Shown piece by piece: positions 39,920 through 52,400 of a DNA stretch of 64,000 bases (the first letter of the stretch is position 1; every line of letters starts with the position of its first letter). Source of the DNA: Camelus ferus (taxonomy: Eukaryota); NCBI RefSeq assembly GCF_009834535.1, contig NC_045696.1:101992001-102056000 (forward strand), given 5' to 3'. The notes under the pieces are model-generated. The model searched no databases and was not told the origin of the DNA. It was given only the letters and a program-made list of their open reading frames with translations. The position numbers and the translations under genes are program-made.

Positions 39920-40900
39920 TTGACGAGTATTCATTCAGGAGTAAGTTATAGAGCCAGCACCATGCTTGGCACTAAGAACATAGCAGGGAACCAGTCAGTG
40001 AATCCCTGCCCACATGGGGCTTCCACTCCACTAGGAGAAACACAGTCAATAAGGAAACAAACAAGTGAATGAGCTGGGAGTGGGACATCAGGAAGTGATA
40101 GTTGAGCTTAGAGGTACTTGGAGGAAGGGGTCCATTCCTGAGGTGATGTGAGGGCAGAACATTTCAGGCAGATACAAAGGACCTGAAGTGGAAATGAACA
40201 GAGCATCTTCAAGGAACAAAAGGAAGGAAGGTTGGTCTAGAGAAAGGTGAGCAAGGAGATAGCAGAGAGGATAGGAAGTCAGAGGAAGAGGAGCCACGCT
40301 GTGGGCTCTAGTGGAGAGTTTGGCTCTTCTAAGTGTGACGGGAAGTACTTGGGTAGTTTTCTGCAGAGGACTGATGTCAAAGAAAAACGCAAGCTATGCA
40401 GCAGTGAACATGATCAAAACTGATTTCAATCAGTAACTATTGCAGGAGGGGGAAGGAGACCTCACATAAAACTGGGCTCAATTCTGAATACAAAAGCAAG
40501 AGGGGATTTAGCCAATAAGCAGGGTCAGGGGCTGTGGATAAAAAAATTATGAGGCAACATTAAAGCTAAGAGGGGTGGGGTTCTGCTAAACTAACTCAGC
40601 AGACTTCCTATTGAAGCTAGGCCAGCATGATCAGATATCGAGGGTGAAGGCTTCTCCAAAAATTGACTTACAATGATACTTGCTCTTGAGGACAAAGTCC
40701 TAAAGCTGGACCTAGTCAGAAAAGAGCAGGAGCCTGACTAAAGTTTGATCAAGGAGAGAGTCTTTGCCAGTGACATGATTATCTGATTTTCTCTTTAAAA
40801 ATATCACTCAAGCCACTGGATGAGAAATGGATTGTGGGGAATAAGAATAGAGACACTGAGGTCACTGCAGTGGGGCAGGTGACAGGCAATTGAGGCTCCA
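39920..40900 (-). mobile_element. L2 fragment interrupted by an LTR
   Basis: CCCTGCCCACATGGGGCTTCCACTC..., AGAACATTTCAGGCAGA...; L2 text resumes at 40773 (ATGATTATCTGATTT...ATCACTC). Confidence 0.6.
40375..40769 (-). mobile_element. ERV1 solo LTR (MER31-like)
   Basis: Reverse complement begins TGGCAAAGACTCTCTCCTTGATCAAACTTTAGTCAGGCTCC, like the recalled MER31 start; TG...CA ends. Confidence 0.7.
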
Positions 40901-41139
40901 TGAACTTAAAGAATGTGCCATTAGTCATGGAGCACAGATTTGATGCAAAGTCTGATTCCAAAGCCCCAGTTCTTTTGGTTATTGGATCCTCCCCTCGTTG
41001 GTTATAGTAATGTGCCAGGAACTTGTACAAGAACTCTGATGAAGAAGATCAGGAATGTGGAATGCTCTTTAAACTAGCTATCAGACACTCAGACTTGGGC
41101 AAGGCAGAGGAAGTCACATGATGTCAGCGCAGTAAGCCC

Positions 41140-41700
41140 AGACCTATTCCTGGGTCTGTAACATTTGTGGGTCCCAGGATAAAAGCACAGATGGATACTC
41201 ATGTATCTTTTGCCTAAATATTTAAAATTAAAAGTCAAGCCAACAGACTGCTAAATAAATATGTTCATACTTCTACCTTGACAAATATACCTTTATCATT
41301 AACTAACCTGGAAGGTTAGTTCCAATTTGGAATTCTCAAGACACCAAGTTCAATGCCAGAATGTAGGGGCAGTGAGAGTGTGTCTCTGATTCCTGGTTGC
41401 CAGCCCACTCTGGCTCCATCTCAGACTTAGGAAAGGGGCCCACAGAATCCCAGGAGCAAGCGTGGCACCATTTAATGGTAGGGGATCCCGGAGTCTCAGA
41501 TACCAGAGTGTGATCTAGGAGGGCTGTGGGTTCAAGGTGGCCACATCTCCTTGTTCTACAAACTCTCACCCTGAGGGGGGGGTGGGGGGTCCTCTGGACA
41601 AGGTCGATAGTTGTGTGTCTAGAGCACAGGACCTTGGACACGTGGTCATTTCTCCAGGTCTGGGAACAGTGCTGCCTGTCCAGTGAGCTGAGAGGTGCAG
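41140..41700. mobile_element. Probable ancient hAT (Tip100-group-like) DNA transposon fragment
   Basis: CTAAATATTTAAAA...CTACCTTGACAAATATACCTT...CCTGGAAGG...GAATTCTC resembles a recalled hAT consensus; family uncertain. Confidence 0.4.
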
Positions 41701-41784
41701 TAGGAAGCTACAGGGGACAGAAAGCAGACCAGATCCCCAAGGAGAATTCTTTAAAAAAAATAATAACTTAAAGCATAGCATTGT

Positions 41785-42287
41785 TGTGTTGGTTTCCTAT
41801 GGCTGCTCTACAAATTATCACCAATTTGGAAGCATAAAACAGCAGAAATGTATTGTCTCAAAGTTCTGCAGGTCAAATTATGAAATCAGTTTCACTGGGC
41901 TAAAATCAAGATCTCAGCAGGGCTGCTTTTCCTCTAGAAGTTCTAGGGGAAATTGATTCTTTGCTTCCTTCAGCTTCTGGTGGCCGCTGGCATTCTTTGG
42001 CTGGTGGTTGCATCACTCCAGTATTTAAGGCCAGCATATTTAAATCTCCTCTGCTCCATCTTTATATCTCCTTTTCTCTGTGTGTTCAACTCTCTCTCTT
42101 CCTCTGTCTTATAAGGATATATGTAATTGCATTAAGAGCCCACTTGAATAATCCAGGGTAATCTCCCTACATCAAGATTTTTAACTTAATTACACCCACA
42201 AAGTTCCTGTGTCCATATAAGGTAATGTTTACAGGTTCTGGTAACTAGGACCTGATATTTTCTGGGCCCATTGTTCAGCCTCCCACA
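41785..42287 (-). mobile_element. MaLR solo LTR (MLT1C/D-like)
   Basis: TGTGTTGGTTTCCTATGGCTGCT...CTCTGTCTTATAAGGA...ATAATCCAGGGTAATCTC...GGCCCATTGTTCAGCCTCCCACA. Confidence 0.85.
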
Positions 42288-42709
42288 GCATTGTCTTTGT
42301 CTGGTGGTTCAAGTTATAATATTTGGTCAAAAGGGATTTTTTAAAATATTACTTTAAAGGGGAAAAGCAATTAGATTTGTCACATGGTTCAAAGAGATAA
42401 ATATTTTCATCTTGGATGCTATCAAGACCATCATCAGTGATGACAACAATTTTCTATTTGGTCATCTTTTTTATACTTTGGGTGGAAAACTGATCACAGA
42501 TGACTGAGAATGCAAGGATTTCTAGCCAACTGTTTTCTAATTTTGTTTGTATTAATCAGCACTATTTTTATTTGGAATGGGCAGGTGGCAAGCCACATCA
42601 TGCTGGAAAGAAATTATTTGAGCGCTTAAAAAAATGGTGAACGTACTCAAATAGGCAAGGCCTAATGACAAGCTTTATTCTTGATAATTTGAGATAGGAG
42701 TCTTGAATT

Positions 42710-43520
42710 CAATTCAACATTTTATTTATTTATTGAGACACCACTAGATGCCAGGCACTGGGCTTTGGAAATAGAAAGATAAATTATATCCCATACATGT
42801 CCTTCAAGAGCTCACAATTTAGCTTGCTAGAGAGACACAGAAACAAACAATTAAGAAAATGAAACTACAGTGTGTTAAGTGCTGTAAGATGGATATGATT
42901 GAAGTGCTAAGGATAAAGATCCAAGAGGAGAAAAAGGCGAACCTAGGAAACCATCAGACACTCAAGAAGCACTCAATAAATATTTGAATGAATGGACCAC
43001 TGCCCTCTCTTCCCTAACACCTCCTCCACCTCACTGTGAGTTCAAGCTACCATCATCTCTTGCCTGAACCACAGTAATAGCCAGCAAACTAGTCCCCTGC
43101 TGCCATTCTTGTTCCCCCACATCCCTTCTCCATGCAGGAAATCTCTGTCTTCTCTGCCTAAAACTCTCTCATTTCTTACCATATTGAGAATAAGATTCCA
43201 TTTACTTGCCATGGCCTACCAGGGACATGGTTTACCCCTGCCTATCTTTTGATAGTTGCTTATGTTCATCTTTCTCCATCTACACTGGCCTTCTTTCTCT
43301 TCCTGGAAACCCTGATCTTATTCCTGCCTCAGGGCCTTTGCTTTTGCTATTCTTTTGTTGTATCTTAGTTCCTCTTTTCATCCAGTCTCTGCTCAGGTGT
43401 CAAGTATAAATGTCCAGAGTGATTTCCTGTATTTATTTTCTTTCTTTTCAACTGAAATGCAATTTCCTTGAGGCAGGACTGTGTTAATCTTATACAACAT
43501 TTTATCCTCATTGCTTGCCA
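42710..43520. mobile_element. L2 fragments (both orientations)
   Basis: TTTATTGAGACACCACTAGATGCCAGGCACTG; CACTCAATAAATATTTGAATGAATG; CCTGCCTCAGGGCCTTTGC. Confidence 0.65.
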
Positions 43521-45689
43521 CAAGATAGAGATAAACTTTGACACCTGCCATGATACGAAATTTTAAACTCTATGTTGTCCAAGTCAGGGCCTTGATGAAA
43601 AGAATTTCCAGAAAAATACACACCAAACCTTAGTGGTGTAGGCATTGATGACATTATTATCCCAGTCCTTTAAGTAGGCTTAAGAATTAATCCCATAAAG
43701 GCCAAGTTGCATGGCTATAAAGTTTTCAGGAAGGATGATTTTAGTATACTTTCCAGACTCCTAGGCTAGTCATTAAGCTAGAATTATGATACAGGAGTAA
43801 AAATGAACTTAAAAAATACAGTATCACTTTAAAATGAGAACACAGCAGGAGATAAAATTGTGATAATTTGAAATAGTTATTTGAAAATCTCTTCTTTTTT
43901 CTTTCTCTGGACAATATTTTCTGTACTGCAACAATAAAAATATCTGTAAATACTTTGCAGTCAGAGAAGCTTATTATAAAAACATGTCTTCTTTGCTTTA
44001 AAATGCTCACTGGTCAGTATTTTTTATTTATCAGTCTCTATGCTGTATTTGTCTGGAAGCTCCATCTCTCTCTCCTTTGAGTTACTGCCTGAACATCAAA
44101 CTAGTATATTTTGTATGCCAGTCATATTAAATTTGAGGTTAAAATGAAAAAGCTCTTTTGTGTAAAGGTCAAGCTCTCTTTAAAAAGCTTCTGGCATTCA
44201 AAGTTGAAGCAATAAACAACAAAAGAGCATGGCAAAGTTGAACAAATGGGCCTTAATTGGCCATTAGACTTAGAATGATTTAAAAACGAATGCCTAACTC
44301 TGCATTCTGGGTATCCACCAAATCTAAGCTAGTTCCCCATTAGTGGGTTCACTTTAGATAAGTATCATCTAATTCCTTTCTCACTAAAAACTTCCTCTGG
44401 ATATTGGCACAGTAAATACCTCGTGTAAAAAGCTACCCCTGGCTCACACCCCTTTCCTCTGATTCTCCACTTAATCAGACTTAATCATTATTCATTTGCG
44501 TAATTCAGGAAACATTTAAGGCTGTTAATCATTTTGACTAAAAAAGCTACAAGACCAGTGGAGATTTTTTTTAAGCCTGTTAAAACCTTTAGAGCATAAA
44601 ATGGTGAACTCTAATTATTATCTAAATAAGACAGGGAAAAAAAGAATCAGGAAGTTCTTTTCAATGGTGAGGGGAACACATGCAGGGCCTGGGTAGGCTG
44701 GTAAGTGAGTGGATGGGGCCCTGGGGAAAGGAAGCCAAGTTTTCTATTGCTGTGGCTCAGCTCTGAAGGGGTTTTGTGTTAGGGACACCTGTGTGGGAAA
44801 TGACTATGCAGAGGTAACTGTCATCTCTGATTAACACCGCCTAGAGTCCCGTGATGAGGGAGACACACTCAGGAGCCTGTTAGAGGGTCAGTCTCTGCAG
44901 CCAAGAGGCACCATGAGGGATGTCTTTGACGGGTGTGAAGCAGCTTTTGCCAATGTTCCTAAAGAGGACAGGAGCATCAGCAGGTTTCCACCAGCTGAGT
45001 GGATGTCTGGGGACACTGGAGCCTAGGAATGGTGTTATGCTTTAAGGCAAAATTGAGAATTGGTATTAACCTGGAGGTGTTAAAGATTCTGGACTTTTCA
45101 GAAATTACCTTGAATTCTATATTGCTGGTGCCGGGGACATAGTCAAGTATTTAATTGATGCTAACTACTGTTATTGGTGTTAATTATATTAGCTACTCAC
45201 CACCTGCATCCACAGGCTCATGAAGCCTAGATGGTCATCTGGTCGAAACTTCTGCCTTTAGGGGCTTAAAGTGTCAGAATATATTAAAGTTAAATGTCTC
45301 ACTTGTATTCATATCTAAAGAATTGTACAGCAGAAAAAAATATTCTTCTCACCCTCATGCTTTCACTCTTGAAATAATGAGAAATGCCATGGGAAACTAA
45401 TACAGGAACTAGCATATATTAATGCATTTATGCAAATTATAAGCACATACCAATGCCTTTATGCAAATTACACAAAGCTGCCCCCTGTGAAGTGGTGCAG
45501 CCTATTACCTGGGCCACAAGCTGTATAAGCAGAGTGGAAGTTGGGTTTCAGCCCCAATCACCCTCCACAACTGGCATAAATTGGAATGAAATGAAGGTAA
45601 CCTTCTGGGAACAGGCCGCAGGCTCTCTTGGAGAGCTGTGATATATATATATTTATATAAAATATATATATACATAATATGTATATATA

Positions 45690-47640
45690 ATTCTTTAAAT
45701 AATAGGCTATATTTTAAAACAGTTACAGATCTGCAGAAAAATTAAGCAGATAGTATGGAGAGTTCTCATTATATCTCCCCCATCCCCCCTCCACATGCAG
45801 TTACCCTTATAATTAACATCTCACACTAGTTTTGTTAAATAACAAAAATTCAACCGAATAAATTTTAAAGATTTACTGAATGATTTATGAATCAGGCAGC
45901 ATCCCAGCTAGCAAGCAGAAAGGAGCTTTGAGGAGCTGTACAAAATGGAAGACTTTTATAGGCAGAAGAGGAGGAAGAGTAGGTCCTTTCAGGCTTAGGT
46001 ACCTACCTATGGGGGATGGAAGGGGTCTGTGTGGCAGATTACCTCATTGGTGCTGACCAGAAAATTCCAGACTGATCTGAAAATTCTAGGTTGACCAGTT
46101 AAGTCAATATTCCTGGGAGAGGTTGTAACTGCAATTAGGGTAGGTATTAAGTCTTGACTTGATGACATCAGGCTTATGACAAGTGACTTCATTTCCAGCC
46201 TGTTGTTTCTTTTTTAACAGTTTGGTATGTTTGTTAACTCTAATGAACCAATATTGATACATTATTATTAACTAAAGTTCATACTTTATTCAGATTTCCT
46301 TAGTTTTTAGCTTACTACCGTTTTTCTGTTCCAGGATCCCATCCAGAATATCACATTACATCTAGTTGTCATGTCTCCTTAGGCTCCTCTTGATTGTGAC
46401 AGTTTCTCAGATTTTCCTTGTTTTTAATGACTGACAATCCTGAGTACTGGTCATCTATGGACAGAATGTCCTTCTGGAATTTGATGTTTTTCTCATGATT
46501 AAGACGGGTTATGGGTTTTGGGGAGGAAGATCACAGAGGTAATGTGCCATTTTCATCACATCATATCAAGGGTACAAACTCTCAACATGATTTTTGACTT
46601 AATGTTGACCTTGGTCATCTGCCTAAGGTAGTGTTTGTCAGTTTTCTCCACTATAAAGTTACTCTTTTCCCCTCCTTTTATACTGTACTCTTTGGAAGGA
46701 AGTCATTATGTGCAGCCCACACTTAAGGGGTAAAGAGTCATGTTCTTTTTCCTTTCCATGGAGTATCTGCATCATTTTTTGGAATTCTACATACATGGAG
46801 AGATTTGTCTCTTCTCCCCCATTTATTAATTTATTCAATTATTTATTTATTTCAGTATGGACTCATGTATATTTATTTAACCTTTTGGTTTATATCTGAT
46901 ATCTCTTTCTTTCTTTGTTTCTTTCTTTCTTTCGCTCAAGTTATTTTAGCTTTAGCCATTGGGAACTCTTTTGGTTGGCTCCTATGACCTGTTGACAAAT
47001 TCCCATCATTGTTGGGTTCCTTGTGGGTGGGGGTCACTTCCTTACTTTCTGGCACTACAAGATGTTCCAGGCTTATGTTGTATATTTCCTGTCCAGTGCT
47101 AGAAGCATCCATTTATCCAAAGAACACTGGTTTCTTTTATTGCAGAATGATATTAGAAACCAAGATTTGAGGGTTAGGTAAAGTCCTTTCTTTTAGGCCT
47201 CTTAGCTGAGAGGGCAAGGAAATATGTGTGTGTATACTAACTGTGTATATACATATGTCTATAAATATCTCTATATGTAACCATCTGCATCTATATTAAC
47301 TTAAACATGAGTTCTCACCAGTGTCTCCAACTCTAATCTGTTACCGGAAGGATTGTTTTAGCCTCCTCTCCTTGCTGACCTATACATTTTCCCTCCAATA
47401 GGGAGAACCATTTCATTATTTAATTCCAGTCTATGTGTATAGTAGTATCAGAGTTTTTAACCCATACCTCTATGGAAAACAATTTTATTAACTAGAATGA
47501 AGTATTTAGGTGCAGTTCCTTTTGCCTTTAGTTTTAGGTCAGTCCCTTCCCCCTTCTTCTGTTAGTGAGTTTTTTCATACATTTTTAATACAGCTACATA
47601 CTCTTTTCACAGTCTGCATTTTTCCCTGGGATTCTCTAAC
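45690..47640 (-). mobile_element. L1MC/MD-type long 3' region, interrupted by an LTR
   Basis: AATGAACCAATATTGATACATTATTATTAACTAAAG...CCAGGATCCCATCCAG...; the text is continuous across the LTR. Confidence 0.8.
45833..46219 (-). mobile_element. Class I (ERV1-type) solo LTR, 387 bp
   Basis: TGTTAAA...TTTAACA inverted termini; 4-bp TSD GTTT (45829-45832, 46220-46223); TATAAAA on the minus strand near 45955. Confidence 0.8.
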
Positions 47641-48632
47641 GAAGAGATGTGATCATTTAATAAATTAATTAATCCCATGTTTACCAAACACTATGAGAAC
47701 CATTTGTTCATATGTTCAGGTAGTGGCTTAAAGGAAGGACAGATGAACCCTGTATATGTTATTATAGAAAATATCATTGCTTGAAGGCAAATGAAATAAA
47801 TGAAATTAAACTTGAACTTTGGAGTTCCCTTAATTTTATTATGGTTATTGATTGCAAGATCAGGTAAGGTTATTAACCTGTAAATTTAATAAAAGTGACA
47901 ATTACCAACATTATCATCTTTGTTATAATCCTTTTCCTTTAATGGCAAACTTTTAGTAAGTATTAAATAACCGTTCTATTTATGTTTGACCTCTTTTAAA
48001 TCAGGGACATTTTGTTATTTTGGGTGTGGTGGTTAAGGAGCAAATGGTTTGGACAAGAAGGAAATTTTTTTCAATTTTTTTTTTTTTTACTTTGTTTATT
48101 TTGAAAACATACCTCAAATTTGCTTCATTTTTCATTTTCTCATTTGAAGTTTATCATAAAATATAAATATAAAAATCTTAAAGAAATTTGTGGCCTCAGA
48201 TACAGTAACCCAATTTTTAGGAATTTCTTTTTATGGTATAATATGAAATGCAGGCAACACTTGGGAGTATGACTTAAGAGTGAAAATTGGAATTCATCTC
48301 AATGTTCAATATTAAAGGACTACTTAAATATATTATGTTAAATAAAATGAAATTTTCCATTACCCTTACAAGTTAAATGTGTAAATGACAAAGAAAATTC
48401 TATATAGTGAAAAATAGGAATTTGTAGCATTTTATAAATGGTAGGGGTCACAAATGGGTTAAAACGCATAAAAATTAGATTGGTATAAAATGTGCTAAAG
48501 TTGTGTACAATATATCACAGGGCTTAAAAGTGCTGCCTCTGGATACAGACTGAATGAGTTCTAACACTTTCTAGCCATTGGCCTTAAATGAGTTTATTAA
48601 TCTCTTTTAGTTCTCTACTGGGAAATGGAAGC

Positions 48633-49440
48633 TGTGGTACAGTGGGAAATATATATTTGGTCTTTATCCTGGGTTCCTGGTACAGAGCTCCTAAAACCCT
48701 TGGAATTTTCAGTGATAGGAGTGTCACTATTCATAACAAGCTCCTTTTAACTATATGTGAGTTTATGCTTCTAAGGTGATTTTTTGCAGGCCTGTAGATA
48801 GCTTCAGGATGGGGGCTGGTTGCTAGAAAGACCAAGGCATGATTAGAAGTTTGGAATTTTCTACCCCACCCCATGACCTCCAGGGAAGTGAGGAATGGAG
48901 ATTAAGTTCAATTACCAATGCCAGTGATTAAATCAACCATGCCTGTGTATTGGGCCGTCATACAAACCCTGCATGATGAGGTTCAAAGAGTTTCCAAGTT
49001 AGTGAACACATCAAGGTGCTGGGAAGGTGATGTACCTGGAGAAGGCTTGAAAACTCTATGCCTTTCCACACCCACTGCCCTCCACTACCACCACTATCCT
49101 TGCCCTATACATCTCTTCCATTTGGCTGGTCCAAAGTTGTATCTTTTATAATAAACCGGTGATAGTAAGTTAAAAGTTTTTATGTGTTTTGTAAGCTGTT
49201 CTAGCAAATTACTGAACTGAGAGGGGATTATGGAAACTCCCAGTTTTATAGCTGGTAGGTCAGAACTACTAGTGGCCTAGGAATTGTGACTGGCATCTGA
49301 ATTGAGGGCAGTCTTATGGGACTGAGCCCTTTAACTTGTGGAATTTGATGCTAACTCCAGTAGATAGTGTCAGATTGAATTGAATTGTTGGACATCTGTT
49401 GGTGTCTAGAGATCTGGAGAATTGGTTTTTGGTGTTGTAA
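48633..49440 (+). mobile_element. MER21-like solo LTR
   Basis: TGTGGTAC...AAATATATATTTGGTCTTT...CAGAGCTCCTAAAACCCTTGGAATT...ATAATAAACC...GGGACTGAGCCCTTTAAC...GGAGAATTGGTT. Confidence 0.8.
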
Positions 49441-52400
49441 AATACGCCAGGAGTCATATTATTATTTAACTGTAACACTAATTGTTCACTTGAGAAAACA
49501 GATTGACTCTAGATATTTCAAGTAGAAAAGATGTAATAATACTTGGGGGTTTACAAAACTACTGGAAGGGCTGGAGAGGGAAGTCAGGAAGGTGGCCACT
49601 AGATTTTACAACTGTGTCCCAGAGATCCATCCAGTGGTGGAGGACTGTAGGAAACCTTGCTGTTATCCCAGTAATACCTAAGTCCTGTTGCATGTAACTG
49701 GAAGGGGATTCAGAAGCCATTGAAAGACTAATTTCTTCTAAGGCCCACATATCTGCAGGAGGAAGAAAAATGAATTCTGACTCCCTCTTGTCTCCCAAAC
49801 CTAGTGCTAGTGCATCTCACTAAATGGCAAAATGTAAGTTGCCTGCAGAACCTAGGTAGCAATGGAGTCTAGGACACATAGTTCTTGGTCTTCCAACTCC
49901 TGTGATAAAGGGAAAAGCACAAAGAAGCATGGGAATACATGCTAATGGCTTAAAAATAGTTTTAAATCTCCAGCATACTATCTTATAGGGTTTCTGTGAG
50001 GATTAAATGAGAAATGCATGTAATGTATTAACAGAGAGCATGTGAGCATATTTTAAATATTTAGTTAGTGTAAACATTCTTGATGATGATGGTGTAAGGT
50101 CTTAGGGGGTGAGGGAAAAAATGGATAGTCTATCTTGCTCTATACTTTTCCCACACTTTCAAATTTTCTACAGTAAAACCTTGCATATATTTGGAAGAAA
50201 ATTAAGTAAATACCAACATGAATGCCAGGAAATCATTTTCTGTAGGTACATATAAAATATTTGTATAGGATAGCATATTAGAAGAAATTATATATAAATT
50301 TACAAGCAAATTATGTTTTCTACACAAACCAAATACATTGACCTTCATCCTGCACATGTTTGAAACTTGAGATTGATACATGCCATCTGAACAATCCTCA
50401 CTAGTTCTGCCATTCATGGGAGTTTTAAACTCTCTTTAGTAGGGTTCTTATTTTAGGTATTGAGTGAATTCTGAATCAAGTCTTTATTTCTGTGATTCAG
50501 ACTTAATTATTCTACCTGCTGTCTTCCAAAAATAAAAGTGCATCCAATTCCTGTGAGAACATCTTGGTAAAAATTGGAAAAGGCAAATGACTAACAGGAA
50601 GAACATTAAATGTACCTAGAACATAAAGAGTAATAGGAAGATGAAAAGAGCTAATTTTTCAGTGAACCCAGAGAGACAATTCCAGTTAAAGGACTAATTA
50701 GAATACTGGGGCAGAAAATGTTGTTTTCACGATGAAATGATGTAAAGACCTAGAAAGCATGGTACTTCCGGAATGAATTTTAAAATATGACATACTGCCT
50801 TGACATTTTTAATGTGGCATGAGGTCTACTGAGTTATTATTACCATAAATCTTTAGTAATGTAAAAATATTATAACCTGGTATTTTAATAAAAAAATATT
50901 ATTAAAATGACTCAATATCTGAGCTTTGCTCTACTTAGTGTATTAAAATAATTCTTTCAAATACTCCAATTATAATTGTCAGAGTAAGTGGGAAATAGTT
51001 TATTTAGGAAGTAACCACATTCTTAATGTTCCCTACCCACTGACTCAGAGCTGATTAATACTTTACAAACCAGATGTGATTAGCTGGCAGCCTGGCTTGG
51101 AAGAGTCATCTCATTACTGGCCCATTATTGTGTTAGCCCTTTGCTCAAAAACTGATTAGTGAGCCAATTAACTACCCTCTCCTTAGTGCGCAGGAGCATA
51201 GAATTGTAGTGTGTTCCTCTTTTACAGATGTCACCTACCATAGTCATTTATTTTGAATATCATGAGAACTAAGAGCAAATAGGAGAGAGGTTTCCTCAGT
51301 CTTAGACCTCCTTGCTATTGCTTTAAAAATACCTCAAAATTTAGATAAAACTTGAAAAGAGTAAATAGTTACCTTCACAGAGCCTCGTATTTAGTGTGTT
51401 TTGTGTCTGTTCAACATTTATTGAATACCACTTCTACTTCAATATAACTTCTAAGAGGGTAGGGTTTTATCTTGATTACCTTGAAATCCACACTCTGAGA
51501 ATTTTGCCTGGCATGTAGTAGATACTCAATAAATGTCTGTTTAATGAATAAATGAACACTTGACATGAGGCTGGTGTATAAGGACAAAGAGAACATTATT
51601 CTTACCTTTGGGGAACTCCTAGGCTAGAAGAGAAACAGATACATAAACAAGTAAATACACAGTAGTAAGTGATGAATTATTATAATATAGGTACAAGAAA
51701 GAATGTGAGTCAGGGAGAGACTAAATTTGGCGTCAGGAGTGGGTAGGGACAGAGCAAACTCCCCAGGGATGGGGAAGCATAGATTTTAAAGAATTGTTAG
51801 GAATATAACAAGCCAAATGAAAGGTTCCAGAAAAAGAACACAACATATATAAATGTATGGATTCCTGGAAGAGCATCATGTATTAAAATATCTCAAGGGA
51901 AACTGCATAATCGACTAATTTTTGCAGTTTCATGGTCATGATTCTCAAGAAGAGAAGTAACAGGACATGGGGAAAGAACAAGTAAGTTGCAAGGGGAATC
52001 TGAAAGTGGCAAAAAAAATCATTGTTGAAGAAATTAAAGCTTAGAGAGGCTAAGTAACTTGCTCAATGTTAGACAAGTAACAGATGAGAGATCAGGGATT
52101 TGAACTCCTCTCTCTTACTCTGGGACCCATGATCTTACACACTAACTCTTGGCAGTATTGTGAGGCATCCACTTACATCATCCTTTCCTTGAATTATTAT
52201 ACCTGAGAAATCACACGAGTTATTCAAAGCCTTATTTGGTGAGCATGAAATCTTAAAAAAAGAAAAGGGAGCCTATAGTTTAAATGTTTTTATAGAATCC
52301 TATGGTCCCTTTAGCTTTCTGCAGTTTCATTGCTTCATTCATTCAGTCAGCAGTTCCTAGCTCTTGTATCCCAGGAACTGGGCTGAGCATTGATTCGTAA

